DNA of 64,000 nucleotides from an uncultured cyanobacterium. Lineage in GTDB: Bacteria; Cyanobacteriota; Cyanobacteriia; PCC-9006; JAAUQQ01. The position numbers and the translations under genes are program-made. Positions 1 through 10,281 of this stretch are shown in pieces. Every line of letters starts with the position of its first letter. Position 1 is the first letter of the stretch. The notes beneath the pieces are model-generated. The model was not told the origin of the DNA and did not search any database. It worked only from the letters and a program-made list of their open reading frames with translations. The stretch lies in NCBI GenBank assembly GCA_963718615.1, contig OY970368.1, positions 2,688,001-2,752,000 of the forward strand, in the 5' to 3' direction.

Positions 1-28
1 TTCCGCAAACAAACCCGTTTCTCAGGGG

Positions 29-781
29 CTAGCGACCCCCTTGAAACCCTGTCCAGCAGATTAGCAGGTAAGCGGCTGCAATCATCAAGCCCCCAAAGCC
101 AACCCGCAGACGAGATTTATTAAATTCAGTGGCAATTTGATTGCGCTTACTCTGGTTTTGCTCGTTGATTGTGGCCAGCGCCTGGTTCCGGGCGGTTTCT
201 TGCTGCTTTTCCAGGGCGGTGGGATCCTTCTTGAAGCGATCGAGGTTTTCCTTTATCGACCGCAAGCGGGTTTTGTCAGCTTCGCTCAGTCCCTCTTGTT
301 GAAGGAGCGCATCGAGCTGGCTAATCTGATCGGGATTTTCGAGCACTTGGTTAATTTGTGCCCGTTCTTGCTGCAGTCGCGCGTCCAGTTGAGCTTCGAC
401 TTGGGTGGTTTGGGTGTTGAGTTCACGGGTTGCCGTGGCGCTGGCTTTGCCGGCATCGGCAATGTGCAGCGGAGCCATCAACAAAAACAGCAGTCCTAAA
501 ATCCCAGAAATGGCAAGCGCCACGGGCTTGAGAGGGCCGCCAGAGGCTTGGCGATCGCCAAAACTTCCCATCCACAGCCCCAGCATAATCAGTCCCACAC
601 CAATCAGCGGCACAATCCCACGGTCAATCAACTGGGTCGTGAACTGAAAGCGCCACTGGGGATCCGTAAAATTGGGCTGGATCAACAGAATGATGTAGTC
701 AATCAGAGAAGCCGCCAGCAAAACGCTCCCAACAACCTTGAGGGCGAAGCTGATGGGAGCGGGATTGGAATTGGAACGCAT
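29..781 (-). CDS. hpsJ: HpsJ-family membrane protein (hormogonium polysaccharide-associated)
   Basis: Three N-terminal TM helices with W..F.TQL.DRG.VPL.G motif, coiled-coil middle, C-terminal TM helix. Confidence 0.7.
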   Translation of the reverse strand: MRSNSNPAPISFALKVVGSVLLAASLIDYIILLIQPNFTDPQWRFQFTTQLIDRGIVPLIGVGLIMLGLWMGSFGDRQASGGPLKPVALAISGILGLLFLLMAPLHIADAGKASATATRELNTQTTQVEAQLDARLQQERAQINQVLENPDQISQLDALLQQEGLSEADKTRLRSIKENLDRFKKDPTALEKQQETARNQALATINEQNQSKRNQIATEFNKSRLRVGFGGLMIAAAYLLICWTGFQGGR

Positions 782-872
782 ATTTCAATGAAGTTTCAAT
801 GAAGGAGAAAGAGGGATTGAAGGACCGCGAGGGATCGCGTCAAGGGATCGCGGCATCAGAATTTGCAGGACG

Positions 873-2333
873 CTAAAATTGGCTGGCCCAGTCCTTGGCC
901 CAGGCTAGGGTTTCCTGGACCTGGTCTAGGGTAGCGGCTTCACAGTAAAGCCGCAGCAGGGGCTCGGTCCCGCTAAAGCGAATCATCAGCCAACGGCCAT
1001 CGGCCAGACGGAATTTGTAGCCGTCGATGGTAATGCAATCCGTTACGAGTTGTCCCGCAATTTCGCTGGGGCGATGGGTTTGGAGGGCATTGAGGACGCG
1101 ATCGCGCACATCCATGCTCGCCAAGGGCAAATCAATCCGGTCGTACTCCGCAAAGAACTGGGTGCGTTCCTGGAGACTCTCATAGAGCGCCGCTAGCCCA
1201 GAACCAGACTGGACAATGGCTTCCAGCACATACAGCGCCGCCAACAGCCCATCCCGCTCGGGAATGTGGCTGCCGTAGCCAATGCCGCCGGATTCTTCGC
1301 CACCGATGAGCACCGGAGTCGTCAGCATGCGATCGGCAATGTACTTGTATCCCACCGCCGTTTCATGGACCGATAGACCAAACAGTTCAGCAACCTTAGG
1401 CATCAGGTCCGAACCGCTGACGGTTTTGATCACCTCGCCGGTCATGCCGCGCCGTTGGGATAAATGCTCGATCAGGACGGGGATCAACACCTGGGAGCTG
1501 CGAAACTCGCCGGCTTCATCCACGGCTCCAATGCGATCGGCATCGCCATCAAACACCATGCCTACGGCTAAGGAGCGATCGGGGCGATCGCGCATCGCCG
1601 TCATAATGTCCGACAAATTGCGTGGTAGGGGTTCCGGGGCACCGCCGCCGAAGAGGGGGTCGCGATCGCCATGAAATTCCGTCACAGGCACCTCTAAAAT
1701 CCGCGCCAATCCAGTCGCTGCTGCCCCATGCATGACATCGGCAAAGACTTGCAGCTCCCCCGCCTTAACCGCTGCCTGGATCGCTCCAATATCGACTTTT
1801 TTACCCAGGGCCTCACAGTAGGGACCCCAGGGCTCGAAGGTCTCGAAGGCTGTCGCTGTCATCGAGGCCGCTGGCGGCATATCGCCTGTAGCCAGAATCG
1901 CTTCCACCTTCTGGGTGACTTCGGGGGGCACAGACCCGCCAAACGCGCCTTTGATCTTCAAACCGGAATAGCTACCGGGATTGTGGCTAGCGGTAATCAC
2001 CAGGGCACCGAGGGCGTTTTGATCCTTGGCGGCGAGACTGAAGGCTGGGGTCGGCGCGTAGCCTTCCGAGAGGAGAACCTCTAGACCCGCCGCTTGAGCT
2101 GCTTGGGCCGTGGTATAGGCAAATTCTTCGGAGAGGAAGCGGCGATCGTAGCCGACAATCACGCGGTTACTGCCGGTGGTTTCGCCGTAGACTTCGCGCA
2201 AAACCAAAGACGCCGCAAAGGCCGCGCGATAAAGCCGTTCAAACGTAAAATCCTCGGCAATGATACCCCGCCAACCATCGGTGCCGAATCGGATGGGGCC
2301 AGGGGATTGATAGCTGGGGGGAACGTGAGCCAT
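873..2333 (-). CDS. phosphoglucomutase/phosphomannomutase
   Basis: FGTDGWRG, TASHNP phosphoserine loop, DGDADR metal loop, GEESGG, RFSGTEP. Confidence 0.95.
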   Translation of the reverse strand: MAHVPPSYQSPGPIRFGTDGWRGIIAEDFTFERLYRAAFAASLVLREVYGETTGSNRVIVGYDRRFLSEEFAYTTAQAAQAAGLEVLLSEGYAPTPAFSLAAKDQNALGALVITASHNPGSYSGLKIKGAFGGSVPPEVTQKVEAILATGDMPPAASMTATAFETFEPWGPYCEALGKKVDIGAIQAAVKAGELQVFADVMHGAAATGLARILEVPVTEFHGDRDPLFGGGAPEPLPRNLSDIMTAMRDRPDRSLAVGMVFDGDADRIGAVDEAGEFRSSQVLIPVLIEHLSQRRGMTGEVIKTVSGSDLMPKVAELFGLSVHETAVGYKYIADRMLTTPVLIGGEESGGIGYGSHIPERDGLLAALYVLEAIVQSGSGLAALYESLQERTQFFAEYDRIDLPLASMDVRDRVLNALQTHRPSEIAGQLVTDCITIDGYKFRLADGRWLMIRFSGTEPLLRLYCEAATLDQVQETLAWAKDWASQF

Positions 2334-2490
2334 GGTGGTGAGATGAAGGAGAAATCTAATTTTTCTTTAAAAAAGGTGCTGCATAAAATATTACAGTCAC
2401 CCCGCAATCAAACCGGAAGCCAGACCAAGCAGTAGCCCGTAGCCCGTGGGTTGGCTTGAGGCACAAAACCCCACAGCCTCAGCGTTCCCG

Positions 2491-3447
2491 CTAAATCGCC
2501 TTGGCAATCAGCGTGCGGTGTCGAGGGGTATTGGACGTTAAGGAAGGCCGCTCAAACCCAGCGTCTTCAAAGGCTTGGAACAGATCAAAACTGAAATAAT
2601 CGTCGAGGTAAGGTTCAGTGCTCTTGAGCAACGTCAGGATGTAGGGCGGCATTGAGGCATAAATCGGCGAGGCCGGATTCATATCCATCAGCGTGAAATG
2701 GCCACCGGGTTTCAGTAGGCGTCGGCCTTCTCTCAAAATCTCGCGGGCAGCGGTGCGGGGGAGTTCGTGAAAGACCAAGCAGGCGGAAACCAGGTCGTAG
2801 GCGGCGGCGGGGAGTCCCGTGTTTTCGGCGGCGGCGTGTTTCCATTGGATGGTGGCGTGGCGCTGTTGGCCTCGGTATTGGGCGATCGCCACAAAATAAG
2901 GCGACAGATCAATGCCCGTAATTTGCGCCTCAGGAAAGGTCTGTTGCAACGAAAACGTGCTCAGTCCCACGCTACAGCCCAGATCCACAATCGTCGCCGG
3001 AGCCTCAGCCAGGTTCGCCTTGACCACATCGTGATAGCTCTTGCGCAGGCGGATATCCCCCTGGGCATCTTCTTCGGGCCAAATTCGAGCATGCACTGCT
3101 TTTGCTGCCACTTCCGCTTCCATGGCAGGGTCCCAGCCCAGATTGCCTTCGGCGTAGGCATGGAAGGGTTTGAGGTAGTAATCGGGATAGGCGAGGTCGT
3201 CGTTGCGCAACTGGGCCAGGTCTGCTTCCCACTCGGGTGCAAAGTCCGTGGGTTGGTTGCGCGATCGCAAAGCCTGCGCTTCTTTGTGCCAATAGACCCC
3301 AATCCCCTCGGCCCGCTGAATCATCATGCGTCTGGCCCGCTGTTTAGCAAATTGGTAGAGCGGCTGGATATTCAACAACCCGCTCACGAAGCGGGAAGTC
3401 AGCGTTGGCGGGGGTAGCTCAGCGGTCGGGCTCGCAAAAGAACTCAT
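2491..3447 (-). CDS. class I SAM-dependent methyltransferase
   Basis: VDLGCSVG motif I, GIDLSP, LKPGG; ATG at 3447 preferred over TTG at 3471. Confidence 0.88.
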   Translation of the reverse strand: MSSFASPTAELPPPTLTSRFVSGLLNIQPLYQFAKQRARRMMIQRAEGIGVYWHKEAQALRSRNQPTDFAPEWEADLAQLRNDDLAYPDYYLKPFHAYAEGNLGWDPAMEAEVAAKAVHARIWPEEDAQGDIRLRKSYHDVVKANLAEAPATIVDLGCSVGLSTFSLQQTFPEAQITGIDLSPYFVAIAQYRGQQRHATIQWKHAAAENTGLPAAAYDLVSACLVFHELPRTAAREILREGRRLLKPGGHFTLMDMNPASPIYASMPPYILTLLKSTEPYLDDYFSFDLFQAFEDAGFERPSLTSNTPRHRTLIAKAI

Positions 3448-3581
3448 GGACAATCGCCTGAAAAACGTCAAAGAAAGAATTTTTTAATCGCTTTTATTAT
3501 CGCTCAAGTCGCTTTGACCCATCTGCCTCAAACTTGCGTAACAATTAAGCCAGCGAATGACAATGACCTGTTCTGAGATCC

Positions 3582-4925
3582 ATGACTTTAGCGGCGCGAT
3601 CGCCCCATTTTTCTCCCTCGGCTCAACCCTCTCCCCAGAGCTCTAAGCTAGACAGCCCTGACCTAGATAGCCCTAATCGAGATGCCGATCTGATTATTGT
3701 TGGGGCTGGCATTGTGGGAGCGACCCTGGCCTGTGCGCTTTTGCCCAGCGGTTTGCGGATTGCCCTGGTGGATGCCCAGCTCCCCGCTGTGGGGCTCCAG
3801 CGGCGTCGAGCCTACGCCTTTTCGCTGCTCTCCAGTGAGATCTTCCAGACCCTAGGCGTTTGGGAACAGATTCGCCCCCAGATCACAGCCTGCTCCCGCA
3901 TTCGGCTATCCGATGGGGCCTATCCCCGATTTGTTTGGCTTTCGCCCGAAGATTTACCTGGGGCACAGAAACGAGAGGCAGCGGTTTATGTGGCGGAACA
4001 TGATGTGTTGCTCAGGCCGCTCTACGCGATTTTGCAGCAAGCGCCCCAGGTGGATTGGTATTGTCCGATGACGGTTGCAGCGGTGGACTATGGACCGGAG
4101 CGGGCGATCGCCCACCTCACCGATGCCACGGGCCAAACCTGCCAGATCACAAGCCGCCTGATCATCGCCGCCGATGGTCCCCAGTCCTCCCTGCGTCAAG
4201 CCGCTCAAATTTCGACCCGAGGCTGGAACTATTGGCAGTCCTGTATTGGCTTTACGGTGCGGACCGAAAAACCCCATGGGAATACCGCCTACGAACGCTT
4301 TTGGCCCAGCGGACCCTTTGCCATCTTGCCCTTGCCCGATCAGCGCGCCCAGGTGGTCTGGACCGCCCCCCATGCCGAAGCCCAGCGGATTGCGGCCTTG
4401 CCGGAAGCTGAATTTTTACAATTGTTGGAAACTCGCTATGGCACCCACATGGGTCGGTTGACCCTGGACGATGCGCGTCAGGTTTTTCCCGTGCGACTGA
4501 TGCAGAGCGATCGCTATAGTCAGCACAGACTCGCCCTCGTCGGCGACGCCGCCCACAACTGTCACCCCGTGGGCGGACAGGGCTTAAATATGGGCATCCG
4601 CGATGCCGCAGCCCTGGCCCAAATCCTGACCCAAGCTCACCAACACCAGCAGGACATTGGCCAAGCCCGACTCCTGCGACGCTATGAGCACTGGCGGAAG
4701 CGCGAAAACTGGGTCATTTTAGCTTTTACTGATTTGCTCGATCGCCTCTTTTCCAGTCCCTGGCCAGCGGTGATTGTAGTCCGCCGCTGGGGACTGTGGT
4801 TATTGCGATCGCTCCCCTTCGCCCGAACCCTAGCCCTGGGCCTGATGGCCGGTCAACTGGGCCGCAAACCCCTTCGAATCATTGACGAGGGGATGCAAAC
4901 CCAATTCCAACCGAAAGAGGATTAA
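3582..4925 (+). CDS. FAD-dependent hydroxylase, UbiH/COQ6 family
   Basis: GAGIVG Rossmann motif, AADG, GDAAH..HP.GGQG.NMG.RD. Confidence 0.92.
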   Translation: MTLAARSPHFSPSAQPSPQSSKLDSPDLDSPNRDADLIIVGAGIVGATLACALLPSGLRIALVDAQLPAVGLQRRRAYAFSLLSSEIFQTLGVWEQIRPQITACSRIRLSDGAYPRFVWLSPEDLPGAQKREAAVYVAEHDVLLRPLYAILQQAPQVDWYCPMTVAAVDYGPERAIAHLTDATGQTCQITSRLIIAADGPQSSLRQAAQISTRGWNYWQSCIGFTVRTEKPHGNTAYERFWPSGPFAILPLPDQRAQVVWTAPHAEAQRIAALPEAEFLQLLETRYGTHMGRLTLDDARQVFPVRLMQSDRYSQHRLALVGDAAHNCHPVGGQGLNMGIRDAAALAQILTQAHQHQQDIGQARLLRRYEHWRKRENWVILAFTDLLDRLFSSPWPAVIVVRRWGLWLLRSLPFARTLALGLMAGQLGRKPLRIIDEGMQTQFQPKED

Positions 4926-4936
4926 GCCTGAGCGGA

Positions 4937-5665
4937 TTAAGCCTGATCAGCGGTTTCCTTGGCCTCGCTAGTGCGGGCAACCGCTTCAAATTTATAGCCA
5001 ACCCCCCGTACGGTCTGAATCAGCGAGGGCTGACTCGTGTCGATTTCGATCTTCTTGCGAATCTGGCCAATGTGGACATCAACGACCCGCTGGTCGCCTA
5101 CATAGTCGTAGTCCCAGACCTCCTGAATCAGCTCCGCCCGCCGCCAAACCCGACCGGGATGACTGGCGAGGAAATGCAGCAGGTCAAACTCTAGGGCGGT
5201 CAACGGCACCGTATCGTTATTGAGGCTGACCTCCCGACGGATCGGATCAATACTCAGACCTTCGTATTGCAGACATTGCTGTTCTGCGACCGTCACCGTG
5301 CGCTGGCGCTTCAAAATCGCGCCGACCCTGGCCCCCAATTCGCTGAGACCAAAGGGTTTCGTAATGTAGTCGTCAGCCCCCTGCTTAAAGCCTTCAATTT
5401 TGTCCGCTTCGTCATCTCGGCTCGTGAGCATGAGCACAAACACCCCAGTTCGCCCCTGCATCTCTTGGCAGAGGGTATAGCCGGTTGTATCTGGCAAATT
5501 GACATCCAGAATCACGAGATCGGGTTTAAACTTTTCGAAAAGGGACATGCCGCTCTTGCCGTCTTCCGCCGCCTCGACTTGGTAGCCTTGCTTAGACAGA
5601 AAACGGAAGATGAGTGTGCGGACTGCTGTCTCGTCTTCGACAATGAGAATTTTGGCCGGTGCCAT
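4937..5665 (-). CDS. OmpR/PhoB-family response regulator
   Basis: Receiver domain (ILIVEDE, LDVNLPD, GADDYITKPF) plus winged helix (VDVHIGQIRKKIE, TVRGVGYKF); ATG at 5665. Confidence 0.95.
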   Translation of the reverse strand: MAPAKILIVEDETAVRTLIFRFLSKQGYQVEAAEDGKSGMSLFEKFKPDLVILDVNLPDTTGYTLCQEMQGRTGVFVLMLTSRDDEADKIEGFKQGADDYITKPFGLSELGARVGAILKRQRTVTVAEQQCLQYEGLSIDPIRREVSLNNDTVPLTALEFDLLHFLASHPGRVWRRAELIQEVWDYDYVGDQRVVDVHIGQIRKKIEIDTSQPSLIQTVRGVGYKFEAVARTSEAKETADQA

Positions 5666-5916
5666 AGGCGAAATCTCTTGAAATATGGGCAGACAAAAGC
5701 AAGGAGCCGCTAACCCTGGCGACACGCAGATGCGGGTGTTGAGGCCAGTGAGCCTTGAACAAGCTTTGAACTAACAGTTAATCTTTCCGGGGCCAAGAAA
5801 GATTTCAGAACGATTTACCCATGGGCGTCGAGAAATCGCAAGTAATGGAGAATCGCCCCAAAACCTGCGGCCTATGGGGCATGGCCTACGGGCGCATATA
5901 ACGCATACCATATAGG

Positions 5917-5947
5917 GCATACAGAGGGCGGCGCATACAGAGGGCGG
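5917..5947. repeat. direct repeat GCATACAGAGGGCGG x2 (16-bp period) in a divergent promoter region
   Basis: Copies at 5917-5931 and 5933-5947, with degenerate GCATA copies upstream. Confidence 0.7.
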
Positions 5948-6059
5948 TGTGTATATAGGTTACCCAAAATTTCATCATTCTGCGCAGGTTTTATGAAGTC
6001 TTGTACGAGGACCAGAGCACGATAGAGTGAACAGGGACTGATTTGCGGGTGAAAGAACC

Positions 6060-6977
6060 ATGAAGATTGCGATCGCAGGGGCAACGGGATTTGTCGGTCA
6101 ACGGTTGGTGGAACGGCTCATGGAGCTTGGCCACACCTGTGTCGTTTTAACCCGCAACGCTGCGACGGCACAGCGCCTCTTTTCTTTGAGCGCATTTCCT
6201 CAGATTGCAATCGTTTCCTATGGACCAACCCAGGCCGGAGATTGGCAAGGGGCGATCGCAGGCTGCGACGGGGTCGTCAACTTGGCCGGGGAGCCCATTG
6301 CGGAAAAGCGCTGGAGCCCTGAGCAAAAGCAAGAAATTCTCGACAGTCGAGTACAGGCAACCGAGCGGATCGTCGAGGCGATCGCCCAGGCCACCCCCAG
6401 TCCCAGCGTTCTCGTCAATGCGTCAGCCATCGGCTATTACGGTACCAGCGAAACAGAGCTATTTACCGAGGCGAGTTCCTCCGGTCAGGACTTTTTGGCA
6501 GAAGTCTGCCGCCGTTGGGAGGCTGCCGCCGCTGCGGCCACGGCCCAGGGAACTCGGCTGGTCATTTTGCGGCTGGGCATTGTGGTGGGGGAGGGTGGGG
6601 CCATTGGCAAGATGCTGCCGGCGTTTCGCGCCTTTGCGGGCGGGCCAATTGGCACAGGAGAACAGTGGTTTTCCTGGATTGCCCGTGAGGATGTGGTGAA
6701 CCTGATCATCAAGGCCCTCACGGATAGCCAAATGCAGGGGACCTATAACGCCACTAGTCCCAATCCCCTCAGAATGAAAGAGGTGACTGAAATTCTGGGA
6801 GAGGTCCTGGGTCGCCCGTCCTGGCTGCCGGTACCAGGGTTTGCGTTGGAACTCCTCCTGGGGGAAGGGGCAACGGTGGTGCTCCAAGGCCAGCGGGTTT
6901 TGCCCCAGCGCACCCAGGCGTCGGGGTTTGAATACCAATATCCCGATCTAGAGTCCGCCCTGAGAACGTTTATATAG
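6060..6977 (+). CDS. TIGR01777/YfcH-family NAD-dependent epimerase (ThyD-like)
   Basis: GATGFVG, VVNLAGEPI..RW, SAIGYYG, RLGIV, N..SPNP. Confidence 0.92.
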   Translation: MKIAIAGATGFVGQRLVERLMELGHTCVVLTRNAATAQRLFSLSAFPQIAIVSYGPTQAGDWQGAIAGCDGVVNLAGEPIAEKRWSPEQKQEILDSRVQATERIVEAIAQATPSPSVLVNASAIGYYGTSETELFTEASSSGQDFLAEVCRRWEAAAAAATAQGTRLVILRLGIVVGEGGAIGKMLPAFRAFAGGPIGTGEQWFSWIAREDVVNLIIKALTDSQMQGTYNATSPNPLRMKEVTEILGEVLGRPSWLPVPGFALELLLGEGATVVLQGQRVLPQRTQASGFEYQYPDLESALRTFI

Positions 6978-7011
6978 ACCGGTTTATATAGGCCGGTTTA
7001 TAGGCCGAATT

Positions 7012-7275
7012 TTATGGCACAGAGCCGTTGCTCTTCAGGGCATCGATTTTTTTCAAAACCCAGCCACTGACGCCGCTGACGATCGCCCCCGCCATCAGCA
7101 GGCCAATGGCAGGCATAAACAGGGGCTCCCAGAGGCTATACCAAAGATCAAAGCCAAGGGAAAGCTCAAAACTGCGGCCTAGGAGGGCGATCGCAAACCA
7201 AAAAAAGCTCGCGAGGACAAAGAAAAAATCCGCCGTGAGCAAGAGATTGAAACCGCTCAAGAGTTTGTCTCTCAT
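7012..7275 (-). CDS. small conserved membrane protein
   Basis: Two hydrophobic helices; ATG at 7275 overlaps the stop of the upstream gene (ATGA). Confidence 0.75.
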   Translation of the reverse strand: MRDKLLSGFNLLLTADFFFVLASFFWFAIALLGRSFELSLGFDLWYSLWEPLFMPAIGLLMAGAIVSGVSGWVLKKIDALKSNGSVP

Positions 7276-7691
7276 TCTTTTAACCAGCTCTGCACGCGCT
7301 GAAGACTTTTCCACTCGGGTTTGCGGCTCAGGCCATCGGCAATGCTTTCGTCGACTTCCTGTCGGAGTTCATCGGAAATCGAGATAAGCTGCTGAACAAT
7401 CGCCACATGGTCCCGTACGCCTTTCTTGCCGGTTTCTAGCATGGCGACGGACAAATTGACCCTAGCTTGGGGATCCTGGGGATTGAGCTTAACCGCTTTG
7501 TTCGCCGCTTTATAGGCCGGTTCGGGCTTATCAGATAGCAAATACAGCCAGGAGAGGCAAGTCCAGGCAGGGCTGCTTTTAGGGGCGCGATCGCACAGCC
7601 CCTTAAACAACGGAATTAACTCCGCCACGGGCTCGCCGTTTTTATAGCGCTCAATGCCTTCCGTAAAGAGATCTTCGGCGGTCTGAACCAT
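7272..7691 (-). CDS. TPR-repeat protein
   Basis: AWTCLSWLYLL / A.KAVKLNPQDPQARVNL TPR-like helices; lies in the iscA operon; start 7691 or 7703. Confidence 0.85.
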   Translation of the reverse strand: MVQTAEDLFTEGIERYKNGEPVAELIPLFKGLCDRAPKSSPAWTCLSWLYLLSDKPEPAYKAANKAVKLNPQDPQARVNLSVAMLETGKKGVRDHVAIVQQLISISDELRQEVDESIADGLSRKPEWKSLQRVQSWLKE

Positions 7692-7761
7692 AGCAAAAAA
7701 CATTACTTCACATTAGAAAGGGCGCAATCACTGCGCCCTTTGTCATCTTGCCACGCTTTGG

Positions 7762-8118
7762 CTACGCCGAGAATGACTTGCCGCAACCGCAGGTTTGGGT
7801 GGCGTTGGGATTGGTGAACTGAAAGCCACCGCCAATCAGGGAATTGCTGTAGTCCAACTGCATGCCGTAGATATAGAGCAAGCTTTTGGGATCGCAAACC
7901 ACTTGAAATCCGTCGTAGTCATAGACTTCGTCGTCTTCACGAATACTATCTGGGGTCGCAAAATCCATCTTGTAGGACATGCCTGAGCACCCTCCCTGGC
8001 TTACGCCCACCCGCAGAAGCAGGTCGGTGTTTTGTTGCTCCCGCAGCGCTTTGAGCTGGGCAAGTGCCGTCTCACTAATCAAAATTCCTTTTTGTAGAGG
8101 CTGAGCAGTTTGTGTCAT
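7762..8118 (-). CDS. Fe-S cluster assembly accessory protein (HesB/IscA/SufA)
   Basis: GGCSGMSY and [12 protein letters not shown] motifs. Confidence 0.95.
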   Translation of the reverse strand: MTQTAQPLQKGILISETALAQLKALREQQNTDLLLRVGVSQGGCSGMSYKMDFATPDSIREDDEVYDYDGFQVVCDPKSLLYIYGMQLDYSNSLIGGGFQFTNPNATQTCGCGKSFSA

Positions 8119-8312
8119 AGCAAATTAATTCCGGCAACAACTCGCACGGCTAGCTTGGATGGCTTAAACAAGCTTTTCTCAAGCTTTTCTGAACTGGCTT
8201 TATTGTAGCGAGGATACGCCGCCTCGGCAGGACCGGATCGTTAGGATATTTAACAGAAGACAACGTTTTCGCATCGGGACCCGAGCCTATTGCTAGGCTA
8301 CAGAGGAGTTCC

Positions 8313-10076
8313 ATGCACAAGCCTATGAATCGTTTGCCGCCCTCAACCTTGCGCCGCCTGAAGCAACTTCCCCAAATCCCCAACAGCATTTGGGAGGGCG
8401 ATCGCCTGGATCTAAATGCCAAGGTGCGGGATGCTAGTTCGCCGGAAGGATTTCATCGGGCCAATTGTATTCTCTGGGTCGATGGTATTGAGCAGACTGT
8501 GCGCTCCATCGAAGCGGTCCCGGTCTCCGATGGTCCTGAAGCCTTTGTACGGGCACTGCTCAAGGCAATGGAGTCTCCCCTCGACATGCCCCAAGCCCCC
8601 ATGCCCCAAATGCGCCCGGAGAAGGTGGTGGTGCGCGATCGCGAACTCCACTTTTTCCTGCGGGGGGTTTTACAGGACCTCGACATCACGGTGGAATATC
8701 ACCACCAATTGCCCCTGCTTGATGAAATGATTCCTGGTCTCCAGCATTTAATGGGGCTAGAGGAAGACGATCTGTCCGACGAACTGTGTGACCTGATCGA
8801 AGAGAAGGCCATGCAGCTTTGGGAAACAGCCCCTTGGAAAGAACTACAAGACCACCAAATTTTGTCGGTGACCATTCAAGCCTTTGATTTAGAGCCCTTT
8901 TATCTCTCTGTCATGGGCAATCTGGGGATGGAATACGGAGTTTTGCTCTATCGCTCGGTCGAGTCGCTCAAGCAGTTTCGAGCTGCGATCTTGCGTAACC
9001 AAGGCGAAAACATGGTGCAGATGCAGGAGGCGTTTCTGCAACAGGACTGTTTATTTCTCAACTATGAACTGGAAGAGGACAACGCTTGGTTAGATGCCCC
9101 CTTTCCCCTGCGGGCCTTACGTCCTGAGGAACCCCTCGATCGCGATATTGATCTGGAGGTGGGCTCGATTAATCCCCTTGAAGGGGTGCGGGAGCAACTC
9201 GATGAGGAAGAGGCGATCGCCCTCGTTGCAGCCCTCGAAGCCATTCATCGGTTCTTCCGCAAGCATCGGCGCAGCCTCCGCGATGGAGACTTTCCAGAAT
9301 GCGCCAGCAAATTCCGTATTACGATTCCAGAAGCCGTGCGTCTTTCCGGCATGGGAGCCACGGTATCCGTTCAGATTGCCACCCTTCCCGATCTCACCGA
9401 TGATTTGTGGGCCATGGTTGAGCAAGTCGAGTCTGAGGCCAGTCCGCTCTCCTTGGTTAATTTTCCGGGTGCAGCCCTGTCATCCCACGAGCCTTGGGGG
9501 ACCGTACCGAACCCGATGGTCATCCCCCCTAGTTCTAACCCTAAAGCCATCATCCAATTCAAGGACGATTTGGTCCCAGTCAACTCCATGACATTTATTG
9601 GCCGCATGGACTGGGAAACCTACGAGTTACTCCAGGTGCTGCCCGGTAAACTTCAGCAAAAAGCCAAGGGTAAGATTGCGCGTAAGGGCGATGGCTTCCC
9701 GGTGTTTGTCATTCAAACCAGCCGCCCTAAGGCCAAAGCCATTATCGAGCAGGTCAACGCCGCTGGCGGAGTTCAGGGGATTGGCTTTTGTCCTTTGCAC
9801 GATGCGGAGGGGCTACAAATGATAGAGCTCACCTTCGTCAAAACTCAAAATGGCGAGCTGAATATCATCAACGACTATGAGCCCGACGATCCAGACCATC
9901 AAGACCTCAAGTCACGCTGGGCCAGATACATCAAAGCTAGCCAAGGACATTGTGGTTTTGTTGTGGCGATTGGGGTGACTGGCGCGACCAAAGGACAGCT
10001 TGATTCTCAAACCATGATTGCTCTCTATGAAACACAAGTTTTGACGCCCCAAGAGATTGGCATTGTCATCGAATAG
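8313..10076 (+). CDS. conserved cyanobacterial hypothetical protein (DUF6930-like)
   Basis: 587-aa ORF; RRL..LPQ...WEGD, SVMG.LGMEYG.L.YRS, F.IQTSRPKAK motifs. Confidence 0.75.
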   Translation: MHKPMNRLPPSTLRRLKQLPQIPNSIWEGDRLDLNAKVRDASSPEGFHRANCILWVDGIEQTVRSIEAVPVSDGPEAFVRALLKAMESPLDMPQAPMPQMRPEKVVVRDRELHFFLRGVLQDLDITVEYHHQLPLLDEMIPGLQHLMGLEEDDLSDELCDLIEEKAMQLWETAPWKELQDHQILSVTIQAFDLEPFYLSVMGNLGMEYGVLLYRSVESLKQFRAAILRNQGENMVQMQEAFLQQDCLFLNYELEEDNAWLDAPFPLRALRPEEPLDRDIDLEVGSINPLEGVREQLDEEEAIALVAALEAIHRFFRKHRRSLRDGDFPECASKFRITIPEAVRLSGMGATVSVQIATLPDLTDDLWAMVEQVESEASPLSLVNFPGAALSSHEPWGTVPNPMVIPPSSNPKAIIQFKDDLVPVNSMTFIGRMDWETYELLQVLPGKLQQKAKGKIARKGDGFPVFVIQTSRPKAKAIIEQVNAAGGVQGIGFCPLHDAEGLQMIELTFVKTQNGELNIINDYEPDDPDHQDLKSRWARYIKASQGHCGFVVAIGVTGATKGQLDSQTMIALYETQVLTPQEIGIVIE

Positions 10077-10130
10077 GGCAACTTTAAAAATGGGTTAAAG
10101 GTGCAGACCAAGCGCATACAAACCCATAGA

Positions 10131-10169
10131 AAAAGCAAAATCTGGACCCAGTTCAATCAGTGGGTCCAG
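10131..10169 (-). terminator. hairpin CTGGACCCA-N10-TGGGTCCAG between convergent genes
   Basis: Perfect 9-bp inverted repeat (10142-10150 / 10161-10169) followed by T-rich sequence on the minus strand. Confidence 0.55.
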
Positions 10170-10281
10170 TTACACCTCTTGTGAAGGCAAAAAATAAAGA
10201 ATTACAAATAGAAAAAGCGTTGGTTTAGCTTAGATTCGACTTCTAGATTCGGCTTAGAAATTTACAGGCTAGGGTACTGGA